From Eledone cirrhosa (Eukaryota), in the NCBI GenBank assembly GCA_964016885.1, contig OZ024740.1:221960001-222024000 (forward strand): DNA of 64,000 nucleotides, given 5' to 3'. Below, in pieces: positions 1 through 13,951 of this stretch. The translations under genes were made by a program, and so were the position numbers. The notes beneath the pieces are model-generated. The model was given only the letters and a program-made list of their open reading frames with translations, ran no database searches and had not been told where the DNA came from. The number at the start of each line of letters is the position of its first letter. Positions within the stretch are counted from its first letter, which is position 1.

Positions 1-38
<38 letters not shown>

Positions 39-50
39 GAGAGAGAGAGA
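1..50. repeat. (GA)n microsatellite
   Basis: Direct reading; runs off the window start. Confidence 0.98.
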
Positions 51-173
51 ACTGATTATCTGTATGTTTTATGTATCTAATCCAAACCTGTTACAGGAAA
101 GATTTTCCTTTATATATGTATAATTGATTTTAGGATATAGCTTATGTTTCCCTTTTCATTTTTTCTCTCAATC

Positions 174-176
<3 letters not shown>

Positions 177-254
<78 letters not shown>

Positions 255-290
255 AAACACACACAAACAAACACACACAAACACACACGT
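177..290. repeat. (CA)n microsatellite
   Basis: Direct reading; source of the HTHT/CVCV pseudo-ORFs. Confidence 0.98.
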
Positions 291-861
291 ATATATATAT
301 TACAAAATTGGCAACAAATGAAATTAAAACCTGACACAAAGATAGGAATGCACGGATGAGTGACGAAGTAATATATACAGACGATAGAAAAGTGGTAACA
401 TGCGCCAAACGACCTCGGTGGTTATCGGCTGTCGAAATGGATAGTTTCAACAACTGTTGACTGTGAACTATACATATACAAAACAAAATGAAACGAAACA
501 GATGTGGAATAAGATGGTGAAGATAAAATAAATAAATAAATGCTTGATATAGAAATGTAACAATCATCCATCACTCATATAATGATTGATCGATTCAGTA
601 GTGAGACTCATAGTGACAAAAACAAGGCACAGTAGGGTAACGGGGAGAGGCGAACAAATTCTTTACGACATACATGTTTGGTGAATCAGAGGATCATCAG
701 ACAAGATTCTTGTCTTCTGGTCCTCTGAATGCACAGGTGAAATCCAGAGAAACATGAGGCATCACTTAGCTAAAATAAAGAATTTTATTAAGCACTATTT
801 GGGTATTGAATACTCCTTCTTATGACCATCAATATCATATATATATATATATATATATATA

Positions 862-995
862 GATCCAGCTGTCGAAACGGCCGGAGCTCAGCCGTCGGGG
901 TCCTGAATCTTTTCATATTACCCACTTTACTACCAGAAGTATCGAGTACTCTGGTGCGTTATTGTCCACCTGGTATCTTACCACACCCTCTTTAT
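862..995 (+). mobile_element. Solo PLE 3' tail between (TA)n tracts
   Basis: Clearly similar to 20685-20810 (gtcgaaacggc..gagctcagc.gtcggggtc...attacccact.tactacc...gtccacctggt), the 3' end of the PLE at 17512-20810. Confidence 0.8.
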
Positions 996-1005
996 TATAT
1001 ATATA

Positions 1006-1039
<34 letters not shown>

Positions 1040-1284
1040 ATGCCTGGCCGTGTGTAAATGAATATGTTCGTTTTGTAATATGGCGGCTATTGAAAATGTG
1101 AGAATTAGAGCTTTCGACGTATTTTGCGTACATAAAATAGTGTAATATCAGGGCATATAAGACCCATAACGCGAAACAATGGGCATCAACACGTGAGAGA
1201 AGCGATCTCCCGCCTCATATTGCCCGGATGTGTATGCATTATACAATATTGTGTAAATACGCCATATTCATTAAGCAAATATTT

Positions 1285-1436
1285 CCTGCTGGCACTCATT
1301 TGCAACTGAATGATCTAGAGCAGCGTAAAATGAAGTGTGTGGTTGTAAGACAGAACGTGTCACCCGGTCTGAGTACTGAACTCACGACCTAATGATCAAG
1401 AATCCTTATGGTCCCCACTAGGCTACGGGCTTTCAC
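1285..1436 (-). mobile_element. Degenerate tRNA-derived SINE
   Basis: Minus strand has a B-box-like gagttcag and a body (cacttcattttacgctgctc...gcaaatgagt) similar to 10775-11040 and 43170-43310. Confidence 0.5.
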
Positions 1437-1857
1437 TAAGAATAAAAAAGTTGACATTAGATAGTGGTTTGGAGAGATGTAAATCGGTAGAAATTAAACA
1501 AAATATGGCGACCATTGGAGATTCAAATGATTGAAATTTGATGTAACACAGAGGATCGCGATAGATGGGGTTGATAATGTAAAAATTTAAAATTATTATC
1601 AATAAATCAACAATAAATCAAACCAGGAATCTCGACATGTAATTCCCATTTCTCATCCCCCATTCCCCTTATGTATTATTCATTATTTCGGTGATTAATG
1701 AAATGGTTTGATATTTCTATTTTATTTGAAACTATTTTATTCAACAGATAATTTACACAAATACATGTTGGTGTTAATTCTCATTTCAGATGTCTCTCGC
1801 AGCTTGTTTCTAACATTATCCCCTGTGTATCTATTTGTCTATCTATATGCCACTATA

Positions 1858-2353
<496 letters not shown>

Positions 2354-2473
2354 TAATCTTCTATACACAATCATACACACCTGTGTATATTTATCTATCT
2401 ATCTATATATATATCGGTAGGTAAGTCCTCCGGCGACCTGTTCAGCTGAACTAGCCTGGAAGTTCTGGTCCAA

Positions 2474-3432
2474 ATGACACCAGAACAAATAGCTAGGATC
2501 CCGGAACGTGTGTTGCTGGATGGGCTTATATACATAAACATTTCGTTCGAGGGTAGGCGGCCCTCATGTTACCACTGCTCAAGCAGGGGTCACCTGAGAG
2601 CTTCCTGTCCTCGGCTAACTAGCCAAAATAAGGCACTACTGCGAACACCTGCAACACCAGCACAACAATCACAACCACAACCACCACCACAACAACAACA
2701 ACAAAAATAGTGACAACAAAACAAACGACAAACACAGTCCCACCCAACCCCTCCCCACCTAAAACAACCCCAGAAACACCCCCACACATAACAGTTCCCC
2801 AAAACGTACCCCTCCCCAACAACACGGATGAGGCCTCATCATCGTCACCCAGTGACGATGAGGGAGAGCCTTTCCGACCAGTAAAAAGAAAAAAGAAAAG
2901 ACATAACACAAACAAAAATGCAACAAACACACAAACACCAACACAAGTGACGCAAACAGCACAAACAAAAACACCCCCTCCTGAAAACAAAAGACCTACT
3001 ACAAAACGTAAACACACACAAGAACCACAGACAAAAAGCATCCCAACACAACAAAAATGTTACACCTACATAAATACTAACAATAAAACTTTAACAGACA
3101 CCATATGTAAAAACCCTTCAGTGGAGACCGAAGGGAAAACTTTTACACACTCTTCGAAGAATCCTAATCTTAAAATGATTAGGACCTCCATGGACACACA
3201 TAAACAGTTGAAAGAAAAATTTACTAACGACGTAGGTAACCCCTGCGTCAAACCCTACAATCGAGTCCTGTTAAAATGTTTCCCCAGCCCACCCCCATCC
3301 CACCAGACACCCCCTCCCCACAAAACATCTCTGTCCCCACCCCTCCAGAGTACACCACCCCACCAAACAACCCCTCCAACACCCCCATGGAAATTATGCA
3401 GCATGGTCTCCAGGAGACGAAGAGGTAAGTGA
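2474..3432 (+). pseudogene. LINE ORF1 remnant (zinc knuckle plus Pro/Thr-rich region)
   Basis: CYHCSSRGHLRASC (CX2CX4HX4C); disrupted near 2710; LKEKFTNDVG matches LKQKFPNAVG in the second LINE. Confidence 0.8.
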
Positions 3433-3468
3433 TTTTTTTTCCTCTTCTGTTAACTTTTCAGCACCAAC

Positions 3469-5569
3469 ATGGCCAATATAAGAGTCGGCCACTGAGATAG
3501 GGGACGCGCTGAGCCAATGCGGCAAACGCAAATCTCCAGGTCTCGACGGTCTGCCCTACGAATTTTACGTAGCAATGCCGGACTTGGTCTCCGGCTCCTG
3601 GAAGCGGTCTACTGCAACTGACAGCAGAACGGGAGAATTCCCAGTTCTGTGACCAAGGGTGTAATTACGTTCGTCAGGAAGGATGAGAACAAGGGGGATG
3701 GCCTAGGCAACTTCCGGCCCATAACTCTGCTCAACACAGAATTACAGATTTTGGCCAAGGTGTTGGCAAAGAGGCTGGCGCTTGTCGTCGAAAACCTGGT
3801 GGGAGAAGCGCAATCCCGACCAGGTCCATACACGACAACCTCCACCTCATGTGATACATCATAGAGAGGGTAGGGTGTAAACCCGGCTTCGGTGGGGCCC
3901 TGATCAACTTGGATCAGTCTAAGGCTTTCGATAGGGTTTACCATCGTTACCTGGATGCGGTGCTCGAGGCGGCAGGCTTCGGTCCCGTGTTCAGGGGCTG
4001 GATTACTGCAATGCACAACAGCAACAACTGCTCAAGGGTCAAGGTGAACGGCTACCTCTCGGAGTCGTTTAATATCACGCGATCCATCCGACAGGGATGC
4101 CCTCTCACCTCCCTTCTGACGTACTGACTCTCGAGCCACTACTGCGGAAGTTGGAGCTATTGCAGGGCATCCCTTTGGAACCGGGACTGCGAAAAGCGGC
4201 GTCGGCCTACGCCGACGACTTGACAGTAATGGTGTCGAGCACCTCGCAAATCGGGGAAGTCGGCACCTTACTGGAGGAATACGAAAGTTTCACAGGAGCG
4301 AAGCTGAACCGGGACAAATCCGTCGGTTTGCAACTCGCAACGTGGAGAGGCAAACTGATGCCTTCCGATGACGTTGTCGGACGCTGGACGGAAGGACTGG
4401 TAAAGCTGCTCGGGGTCTGATTTGGTCCTGACCTCCAGGTGGAGAAGAACTGGAACGAGGTGACGGCCAAGGTGTTTGCGCTCACCCAGAAGTGGGCCGA
4501 ATGCAAACTATCCTTGAAAGGTCGAGCGGAGGTGGCGAACACTTTTATAGCGTCCGTCATCTACTACCGCTTGACCATTGTGTCTTGTCCAGCCAAAACG
4601 CTCACCAAAATGAAGCGCGCGCTCTTTCAATTCCTTTAGAAGAAACGGGCTCCTTTGGTGAGAAGATCCATCTGCTGCCTACACCCCTCAAACGGAGGGC
4701 TGGGGATGCCATGGCTGACGATGCGCAAACACGCGCTCAGGCTGTGGCACCTCCACGTATTCCTCACCAGACAACCGGTGTGGGCCCCGTTCGTGAGGCG
4801 AGCCTTCCCACGACTCGTCTCGCTGACTGAGCTGCAGACCTCGGTCAAGCAAAGACCGAGGAAAATGGGCGACTGGCATATCGAATGTGCTCAAGCGCTC
4901 ACAGTCCCCTGGCAAACGGACCCGGCGATCAGTGGAGACTCCACTTCGACATTCTATAGAGGGTTGGTCCGCAGCAAGTGCGACGACACGGTCGGAGAAA
5001 CTCTAGGCGTAGAGGAGGACGAACTGGCCAGTCTGTTCGGTAGGACCTTCCTCCCGGGACCAATGGACAACTTCCAAAAGTCTCTGGCCTGGCAGTGCTA
5101 CCGAGGAGTTCTACCAGTTCGAGACAAGCTCTACAGACACGGGCGCCCCGGTAGGGACCCTTCGAAAAAGATCTGTCCGAGATGCGTGCGCGACGAGGAA
5201 ACCGTCGCACACGCATTTGTACACTGCCCAGGCGTTACCGACCTGTGGGGCTATGTAGAACGACTATTGTCGCGGGTGGGACCAATCCAGTTGGCCACCG
5301 AGTCCATTGTCATGATCAAACCGCCACCCTACTTCAAAAACGAGGGAGAGGCGGTTTTCCTATGTGTTATGGCTATTGTGAAAGAGGTTATATGGTGGAC
5401 GAGGTTAAAAGGGCTGAGGTTAGACATCTTTCTCTCCGGCGAAAGAATCTCCGGAAGAAGAATCAGGATGGAGAGAGAGGTACTGTACCCCAGCAAATTT
5501 TATAAAAGGTGGGTGAATGTGGCAAGAATGGCCCGAGTGGTTGGGCCTTCTCTCTATATAAGCCTGTAG
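3469..5569 (+). pseudogene. LINE ORF2 remnant (reverse transcriptase), frameshifted
   Basis: KSPGLDGLPYEFY, NFRPITLLNT, DQSKAFDRV, IRQGCPL, AYADDL, LSLKGRA, GGLG and CPRC..EETVAHAFVHC across frames; the ATG at 3469 joins almost directly to the RT, so the APE domain is missing. Confidence 0.92.
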
Positions 5570-5804
5570 GTTGAGGAAAAAGAGGAAGAGAGGAAGGGAG
5601 TACTCACTCTTGGTGCTCCTGGAGATGAGGGTTGTACATTTTTTCGGGGTGTGTACAACCCCTGTGTAACACATCCCTCCTATTGGGGATTTCAATTGTT
5701 ATTTGTTGTTTTATTAATAGTTTTATTTTCATATACCTGTATGTAAACTCCCCATTTGTATTTGTCCCCTTCTTTTTTGCTCTTGTGGCTAATAAAAAAA
5801 TTTA

Positions 5805-5836
<32 letters not shown>

Positions 5837-6035
5837 CTATAAAATATGTCCATAGAATCATTTGATAATATATATACACCATTTCCTCTCCCAATTAGCA
5901 TAAGCAACCACACAAAAAAACAATTAAACCAGGCTATAAGATTAAAAGGCACCTATGAAGAAATAGTAGATAAATAAACGACATCCATTTAGTCGCGATC
6001 AACCGCTATAGAATATTTATCCAAGATTTCAACAG

Positions 6036-6255
6036 GTCCATTCAACATGAATGGACCTGTTATTTTTCTCTAAAAAGATTTTTTTCCAATTGCACCCGGC
6101 CCGTCCCTTCAATCTTTCTAATTTCTCATTCTTTCTTCTGATGAAGGACTAGCGTCTGAAACGTTAAGACCCTCTTCCGGCTATTTCAAGTGTTAACCTA
6201 ATAAATTCCTTCCATATAATGCACCGATTACGTTGTTATTTCTGTTTATCTTTTT
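6036..6255 (+). mobile_element. Solo 3' tail of Neptune-like PLE family
   Basis: Similar to 22620-22830; starts with hairpin aacaggtccattca/tgaatggacctgtt. Confidence 0.8.
6132..6170 (+). ncRNA. Minimal type I hammerhead ribozyme motif
   Basis: CUGAUGA-a-GGAC-uagc-GUCU-GAAAC-GUUA with palindromic stem III (AACGUU), typical of PLE minimal HHRs. Confidence 0.75.
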
Positions 6256-6294
6256 CACACACACACAAACACACATAATATATACAATATATAT

Positions 6295-7100
6295 AATACT
6301 TAGGTTAATAGGAGTTAGGTATTGTATACCCGTGTCCCATTAAGGTATTGGCAGCATAATAATTAGCTCTATGCTTTGGAGCAGAGCCGTATATATGATA
6401 AAGAACACAAGAGCGTCTACAACATCAACAGATTTTTATTGGCTTACAATGTTTCTTCCTTACGTAACCGTAGGATCCGTCAGAGCTATAAAAGGGGTTT
6501 GATTGGTGTTATGGACTCTACCAACCAAACATTCAAGAACAAAGAGTAAAGAGAGTAAAGAGCAAAAGTAGGGGACGATAAGTCTAATTTTGGTGCGGGA
6601 GGGTGGGGTGTGGGTCCTTGTTTACTAGCTGCGGTCATATTCATTCCCGGGAGTCGAGTGGTTAGCTGAACCATAGATGGGGTGGCGTCGATAGTAGGGT
6701 GCAGATGGTGTGCAGAGGCTACACACACACAAAGGGCATACAATATATATATAACGGAGGAGAAAGTACATGAGGTAATTAGAAATGGAAAAAGAGTAAT
6801 AATAATAATCTATAATTAATAATGTATAATAAGGCATGGGGAAGATTACACTATAATAAGGTATAAAAGTAAGAATAAGGTAAAATATAAAGGAGGATAA
6901 AAGTGAAAATAAGAATAAAGATAAAAAATATATATATAAAAAAATATAGAGAGAATATATAAAGAAATATAATCAAGTATTTGAAGGGGAAAACACAATG
7001 TAAAAAAACCGATTTTTTCAAATAAAAATATTATAATTATGGGGGGAGAAAACGGGATAGAGAAATATGATCAAATGTGATTAGTTGAGAGAATATAAGA
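6295..7100 (-). mobile_element. Probable PLE 3' UTR/pLTR remnant with HHR-like motif at 6442-6486
   Basis: Minus strand gcu-CUGACGG-a-UCCUACG-guua-CGUAAGGA-a-GAAAC-auu-GUA-agc, then a ~150-nt tail ending at TA-rich DNA; upstream boundary uncertain. Confidence 0.55.
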
Positions 7101-8606
7101 TGATAATAGTTTTGTCAAGTTTATACATCTTAATAATAAATAATCTGTATATCAGAGTTACAGAACCTTCAATTCACTTACAGGTTCAAGCCACGTGGCA
7201 TAGTCCATTGTTTATCTGTGCGGTCATGTGCGTTTGTTTTTGACACCACAGCAGATGCACAAGTTCGTAAATTCCAATGCAGATAGAAATCTATTTTTGC
7301 TCACCCAGACATTGACGGAAGATCCAATATTCCTAGTTCAATATGTGTGTGGTGTTATTTTGGTCGCACAAATCAATCACTTGGTTCAATATTATGGAGT
7401 ATGGTTTTCTGGTCTTCGTAACAGTGTCAGTGGTTGTATATCTCGAAATCACAAGGATTACAGTACTCCGGTTTGGTGTGATTATCGGTCATCCAACTAT
7501 GTTGTCGGTGGTTGGATTCAATTCTATTGCCCCGAACGTAGAACTTTGGTGTCGATTGAACATTAACGAGGCAGAGTGAGATCGCATCTGTGGTACAAAA
7601 CGGTACGCAAGGACATTCTTCGTCTTCGTTTCATCCGGGTCCAGCAGTCACGTGCAAGAACCGCTACGTAGTAATTGTGATGGTAATCGGTCAAGATAGT
7701 AACTGACCGAAAATTCTCTTAGGAATTCAGACAGGCATGACAGGTATATTTAGGTCAGCAGTTTCTTTATGTGTACGTGTGTCCGATACACACAGACACA
7801 TATTTATATGTATTTCAACTCAAAAAATTCAATTGATTCGTTTATTGATATTATATCTCTGTTGCTCCGATGTGCACGTTGTGGTGTTCTGGTCGTGTTT
7901 AGCATTCCCTGTGTTTTGCCATTACCTTGGAATGTGATGTTATGGTCATCAATAGTCCGGCAAGCGCATTCCTCTCTTATATTGCGGAGAATGGTGTTCT
8001 GGTCCTCAGTAAACGTTTGGGTCAGCAGGAGGGGTGGTGGTTCTCAGTTTCAACTTCGACAATACATATGTGTTACTCTACATATCGTGCTCCTCTCAAA
8101 GAAGAGTATTATAGGAGGAATTCATGCCAAACACCACATATAGAGAAGACTTCTAGAGAAAAAATATACATACATATACACATATATAACCACATCATAC
8201 ACACACACATACACATACACACATACACATACATACATATATACACATACATATCATATATACACATACACACAATATAATACACATGCATACAATATAC
8301 ATATATATATATATACACAATATACATGTATACAATGCACGCACATATGCATGCATGCATGCATGCACACACGTACGCACACACATATATATATATGTTT
8401 GTGTGTGTGTGTGTGTGAGAGAGAGAAAAGGAGAATACACACACACACATACACACACATACACACACACACAAAAACACCAACCTTGTAGGGGACTGTT
8501 CCACCCTTTAGCTACCTATCTATCTAGGTTACGGATTGGGGGGAGGGGTGAAGCTATAGTCAAGGAGGGGTATGTCTAGGTGGGGGTTGCGTAATATATG
8601 TTACGT

Positions 8607-10680
8607 CTATGTGCTAGGTTTAAAATAGAAGAAGGAACTCAGGATTTTGTGTTGGCAAGAGGAGAAAATTTCCGATTTCCTGTTAAGCAGGTTCAGTTTA
8701 GAGTGTATGATGGCATGGAATTCCAGTAAACACAGGTCACAACTCCCGCTCTGCGGTCGGTATGGCGTGGATCTAGTAAGCTTCCTCCAAAAAAGTTTGT
8801 ATGGGGTATTATTATTTTTTAAAAAGGAGATGTATACCGCCAGTGAGGTGGCATTCTTATGTCTATCGTGTCTGAATGTGTACATATGCGCGTTAAATCT
8901 AGTTTTAAATGTATTGGACGTTGCTCCTATATATGTTTTGGTAGAGTTGTGTGTGGTTACGTCACATGCATATACGATGTTTTTCATGAGGCAATCCCCC
9001 CCCCCCTTAGGGGACAATTACTACTCCGCCTACAATTGCAACTGCAGGTTCGATTAGTTAGCGTACCTCCCGAACTTTGGTTACTAGCATTATCACTAGG
9101 TGCCTCTATATCATTAGATGGCTCATTGATGCTATTATGTTGCCCATTTTCCAGTGTAGTCGGTTGCTGGTGGTTAACTGCCATTTTAATTGCTTCGAAA
9201 CCTTCCCTAGTTTTCCTAATGTTCGTGCGTGCTAGGTGTGATGCGAGATTAGGTGTGGTCGAATAGGATAATTTAATCACGTTTTTGTTAATTATGTTGC
9301 GATATCTATTGCCTGGTGGGAAGTTTTTTTCTAATAATGAGAAGAATACTCTGGGGAGGTTAGTGAGAACTCAGAGTTAAAAGGTGGGTTAAAATACATG
9401 TTTTTCCTTCTTCTATTTTTCTTATCTGTGGGGTGAGTCTCGCTACTGTGCGTACTATTTTGTAGGGTTCCGTTATTAGTGGCGTTGTCTGTTTTGCTTA
9501 AGCCCGGATGGTTTATATTCATGGCGTGATCATTTGCTGTTTTAGAGTTGTGGTGAGGGACTCTAGTATTGTCTTTACGTGGTTTACATTTAGCTGGGTT
9601 ACCGCCATTAGGGTTCTTACTATTATTCTTGCCTCTAAGTTGGTTAGGCTTTGTGGCCATACTATGTGTGATTATGTTGGTAGGTTTCACACTCATGGTT
9701 TGGGAGTCCTTATGTATATATGATAATCTACTCCCGTAACCAGATTCTGCTAGGGCCTTGTCATAATACTCTGCATTGGAGTTGAAGATACTCTCATTAC
9801 AGGACAGTCTGCTAATTCTATTAGAGACCCCTTTGGGAATAGTGTTTAGGACTGATTTGGGGTGGTTGGAGCTGGCGTTTAGATATGTTAGTCTATCGTT
9901 AGGTTTATGGTAGGGTGCACATTTTTTAGTTTCTAGGTCAAGGGTGGCGTCTAGGAAGTTTACTGTTTTGTCATTTGCATCTATGGTAATACTTAGATTA
10001 AAGTTTTTAAAGAACCTACGTAACTGTTTCCCAGTTCTTTCTATATTGCACTTTTTATACTCGAGAGTGAGGAGGGCGTCATCACGGTATAAGCCGCCCT
10101 TCAAGTGCGGTAATGTCTCATGTAACTCCTTTAAGAGGTACAATCCTACCAGGTCCGTTACTTGTGCGGAGTCACTAGATTCCATTGTGATGTCGAAGTT
10201 ATTGGGCGTATTCTTGCGGGTCCACAATTCGTCCTCAAATGTGATTATCGTTTTCCGGGCCGCAAGAATGACATCAATTTGAGACCTAGTGAGGTCACTT
10301 TTCTGCATGGCCATGATTAGGGCCTTATTAAGGAGTATGGGGGAGATTGAGGTGTAGTACGCATCGATGTCGAATTGTATAAATTTAAGGGATTTATGGT
10401 TGCTAAGGATTGAGAACCATTTCAAAATCTCTTCCGTATTCTCCCATAGCTCTAGATTTATTTTCCTCCTGATGGTGGGTATAACGCCGTCTAAAATTTT
10501 CTTACTGATAATTCCTATATCTGACTTCGATGGGCTAATTAATCTAACAGAGGGTTTACTAATGAAGTCAGCCTTATGGTCTTTAAGGGTGAACCTGGGT
10601 TGCCTAGGGGTATATGGTTGGGTATACTTTTACAGGCCTAGTTTATCCACTATGGCGCATGCTTCCTTATTAATTTCATA
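8607..10680 (-). mobile_element. Penelope-like element, Hydra-clade-like, 5'-truncated (RT plus C-terminal GIY-YIG), frameshifted
   Basis: FIQFDIDAYY, MESSDSAQVTDLVG, LYRDD, NFLD, YFNPPF, KLSYSTTPNL, CNCRRSSNCPL, IVY..YIG, CDLC, LLNRKSE..SCQH; 5' end abuts (TA)n. Confidence 0.93.
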
Positions 10681-10774
10681 AATTATATATATATATATAT
10701 ATATATACACGCCCCCCCCCACACATATATATATATACACACACATATATAACACATGCGACAGTATGAAACTT

Positions 10775-11040
10775 ACTGGTTATAGTGTTGAGTTTACAAT
10801 TGTGAGGTTTAGAATTCGATTCCTTTGCTCAATATGTGTTATGTTCTTGAGCAAAACATTTTATGTGACGTTGCTCAAGTTGCAACGTTACTGAACAACA
10901 TCGGAGGTGTGGAGAGGGAAGTCTGTTAAGCATGGGCAAATGCAGGTCTTCCACAAAAGCATTGACCAAACAGGCTTGTACTTCGAAGAAAAACCTTTTT
11001 AGTGCAAGCCCATATTCATTCATGACTGAAAGATGTCTAC
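10775..11040 (+). mobile_element. Degenerate tRNA-derived SINE
   Basis: B-box-like aattcgattcc followed by gttcttgagcaaaacattttat..cgttgctc, shared with 43170-43310. Confidence 0.5.
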
Positions 11041-11630
11041 CATATCACGCATTCAGAAACATGCCTATTTGATTAATACGCATCACCAACTAATGCATGT
11101 CTAATTTGCATCGTATTTTGATACTTATTTGTACCATACTGTTTCTGTCCCTTTTTATGTCTGCCTGTCTCTCTCCCTCTCTGTCTCTATTTATTTGGCT
11201 TTTATGTTTCTCAAACGGATAACATAACGCTTATGATGAGCCGGTTATGCCTAGACGAAACCAGTCGAATAGTTCTTCATTTCACTCTGCAGAGAACATA
11301 AAAATGTTAAGTTAAGTATCCGGTCTATTTGAATGGTAAGTCATTAAGGCTAAATGTATGCTTGTTAGACGAAGTATGTAAATTTATTTACAACCTATTC
11401 CCAAACACGGTGGCACTGTTATTTACTGTATTAATACAGGTCACGAACGGATTTACTTATATAGAAATGGTAAATGCAACTGTTCGTCGCTTTTTTATAA
11501 GTTTATTTAGCATATTCTTTCTTTCCTTTTCTTTCTTCCTTTCTATCTCTAGGTAGAACGGAAGAGTTAAACCCTCCAGAGAAGTCGATAACGAAAGGAG
11601 AAACTAGTCACGTTGTTCTCCAGTGAATTC

Positions 11631-11688
<58 letters not shown>

Positions 11689-13687
11689 TATTGTGATATA
11701 ATCATGGTCTCTATTTGGATTGATGGTTCAAAACAATATTCGGTACACTATTAACATTTTCACCGTAATTTTCTTTCAGTCCGATAAATCCTTATTGCAA
11801 TCGTTTTTCACATTTTGAGCTTTTATTTTATCACATTTAATTTCGTCATGAAACCTATAATTGTTTGATTACGGTCTCGTAGAGAGGTATTTAGGTAATC
11901 TAATTCGGAAAAAAGAAGAGATAAGTTAATTGAAGCATCTACTTGGAATCTGAAAATCTCGAAGCTAAAGGAGAATTCCCTTTTCTCTTTTTGTAGAAAA
12001 ATAACATATTTCTTGGCTTCTTAGTGACATAATACACTGCAGAACGTTTTCACGAGACAGTTATCTGATCTCCGAGTAATATAGTAAATGTTCTTATTCA
12101 GATCGGATTGAAGGACAAAAATCCTTGAGAAATCTGAGAGTGGAAGAGTTTGACTTTATAAAGTTTACAGTGCGAACAATGTTATTCGTTATTAAACCAA
12201 GTTTGAAGACATAGGATTTTGTAGAATTTTCAGAGTGTTGAACAAAATACCTTGATGTATTTTTCTGCCTCTTTATATTCTGTAATACTATCATGGTCAA
12301 TTTTACCACTCATCCTGTATCGATAAAATAAAGTACTACTTAGGCCCTTCCCTCAACGTTTCTGGCCTTGTATTTAATATAAAAACAATTATTAAACCCA
12401 ATCCAAGTGATAAACTTTATGAAGCAATACTTTTCTATCTAAAAAAAAAATCGACAATAAAAAGAGTGGAAAAGTTTATGAAAATATATTCCTCGTACGA
12501 ATGCACAAAACCTTTGAATATCTTTAAGCATTGCTACTGTACTGTCGGTGAATTCAGAGAATCAACCATTTCATTTTAATCCATCTTTATTGTACAAGGA
12601 ATCTACCATTTCAAAAATATCATTTGCAGTAGATTAAATAGAAGATTGCTTGCAAAATGAAATGTTATCATCCAAATGTTATCATTCGTCACGTGGGTAT
12701 CACAGATAAAGAAAATGTTCTTCATCTTTACCTACATCAATTCATTTCTATAACTGAATGATGAATATTCAATTTAGTTTTAACTTTGGAATTAATTGTC
12801 CTCTAAGACGTCTCGAAATACTACTAATATGACAAGAGACGGAGTCGTTTGACAATGGAATAGGCTTCAACATCTTATCCACACTATCGTCACATGTGAT
12901 ACAAATCATATAAAGAACTGTTAGCTCAACAACGTCTTCTTAAATTTGAGAAGTTGGCAAGCAACACTGGGTCACTTATTCCGATACGGCACAGATCTGT
13001 GAGGTTTGGTGTAATCTGCGTTAAAACGTTTATACGTTTTGCCATCTACAAAGATTGGTGTTTAAATACAAAAGTATGTTTTAATGAGTTTAATGGCTTA
13101 AACTATGAAAACAACGGTTGTCTTTATGGTCTCTCTATACTATTTTCATCATTTTATAAGTTTATTTTAAATATACAAATTTAAAGAAATCAATCTTATG
13201 ATGTATGTAAAAAATAAAGGAGTAACAAAGATATATAGTGTGGATATTAAAAGAAGAAATACATACCTCGGGCAAACGTTTGGTGAATCTTTAACTTAAT
13301 GTTCACTTCAATATCTGACCCCCCCCCCGAAAACCAACACCAACAACAAAAGAAAACAAAAACAAGCAAATCGTACATGCATTCTAAATTTTGTAGCCAC
13401 ATACTTCGATAAACTTTAATGAATATAGCCATATACAATAGTCCGATGAATAGATTGTGGTTCTTTCAAACAAACATTACGCCACGAACCATTAAAAAAA
13501 ACAAAGAATTTCGATCACAACCGTGAGTTGTTCCATACTTATGCTTTGATGATTCTTCAGAGACAATTAAATACTTGTTCATATATGAATTCTCTCTCAC
13601 TCTCTCTCTTTCTCTCTCTCTCTCTCTATATATATATATACATATATATGTAAGTGTGGTAAGCCACAAACACACACACACACACAC

Positions 13688-13768
<81 letters not shown>

Positions 13769-13880
13769 ACACTCTATTTAGCTCTACACCTCGCAACTAA
13801 CGTGAGCCTAAACATCGAGTGCCTACAGCAACTTCACGCCTCACTCCCTGGATATATATATATAAGGAAAACCTCATTTT

Positions 13881-13951
<71 letters not shown>

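Larger units (their letters stand above)
2415..5800 (+). mobile_element. Decayed L1/Tx1-like LINE, 5'-truncated, endonuclease domain deleted
   Basis: ORF1 remnant with CCHC knuckle, ORF2 RT motifs, C-terminal Cys/His finger, T-rich 3' UTR, aataaaaaaa end at ~5791-5800. Confidence 0.92.

Noticed and set aside
11232-11268. aUGAUGAG...GACGAAACCAGUC motif
   Set aside because: Core and stem II are both imperfect; possibly an old HHR but not supportable.
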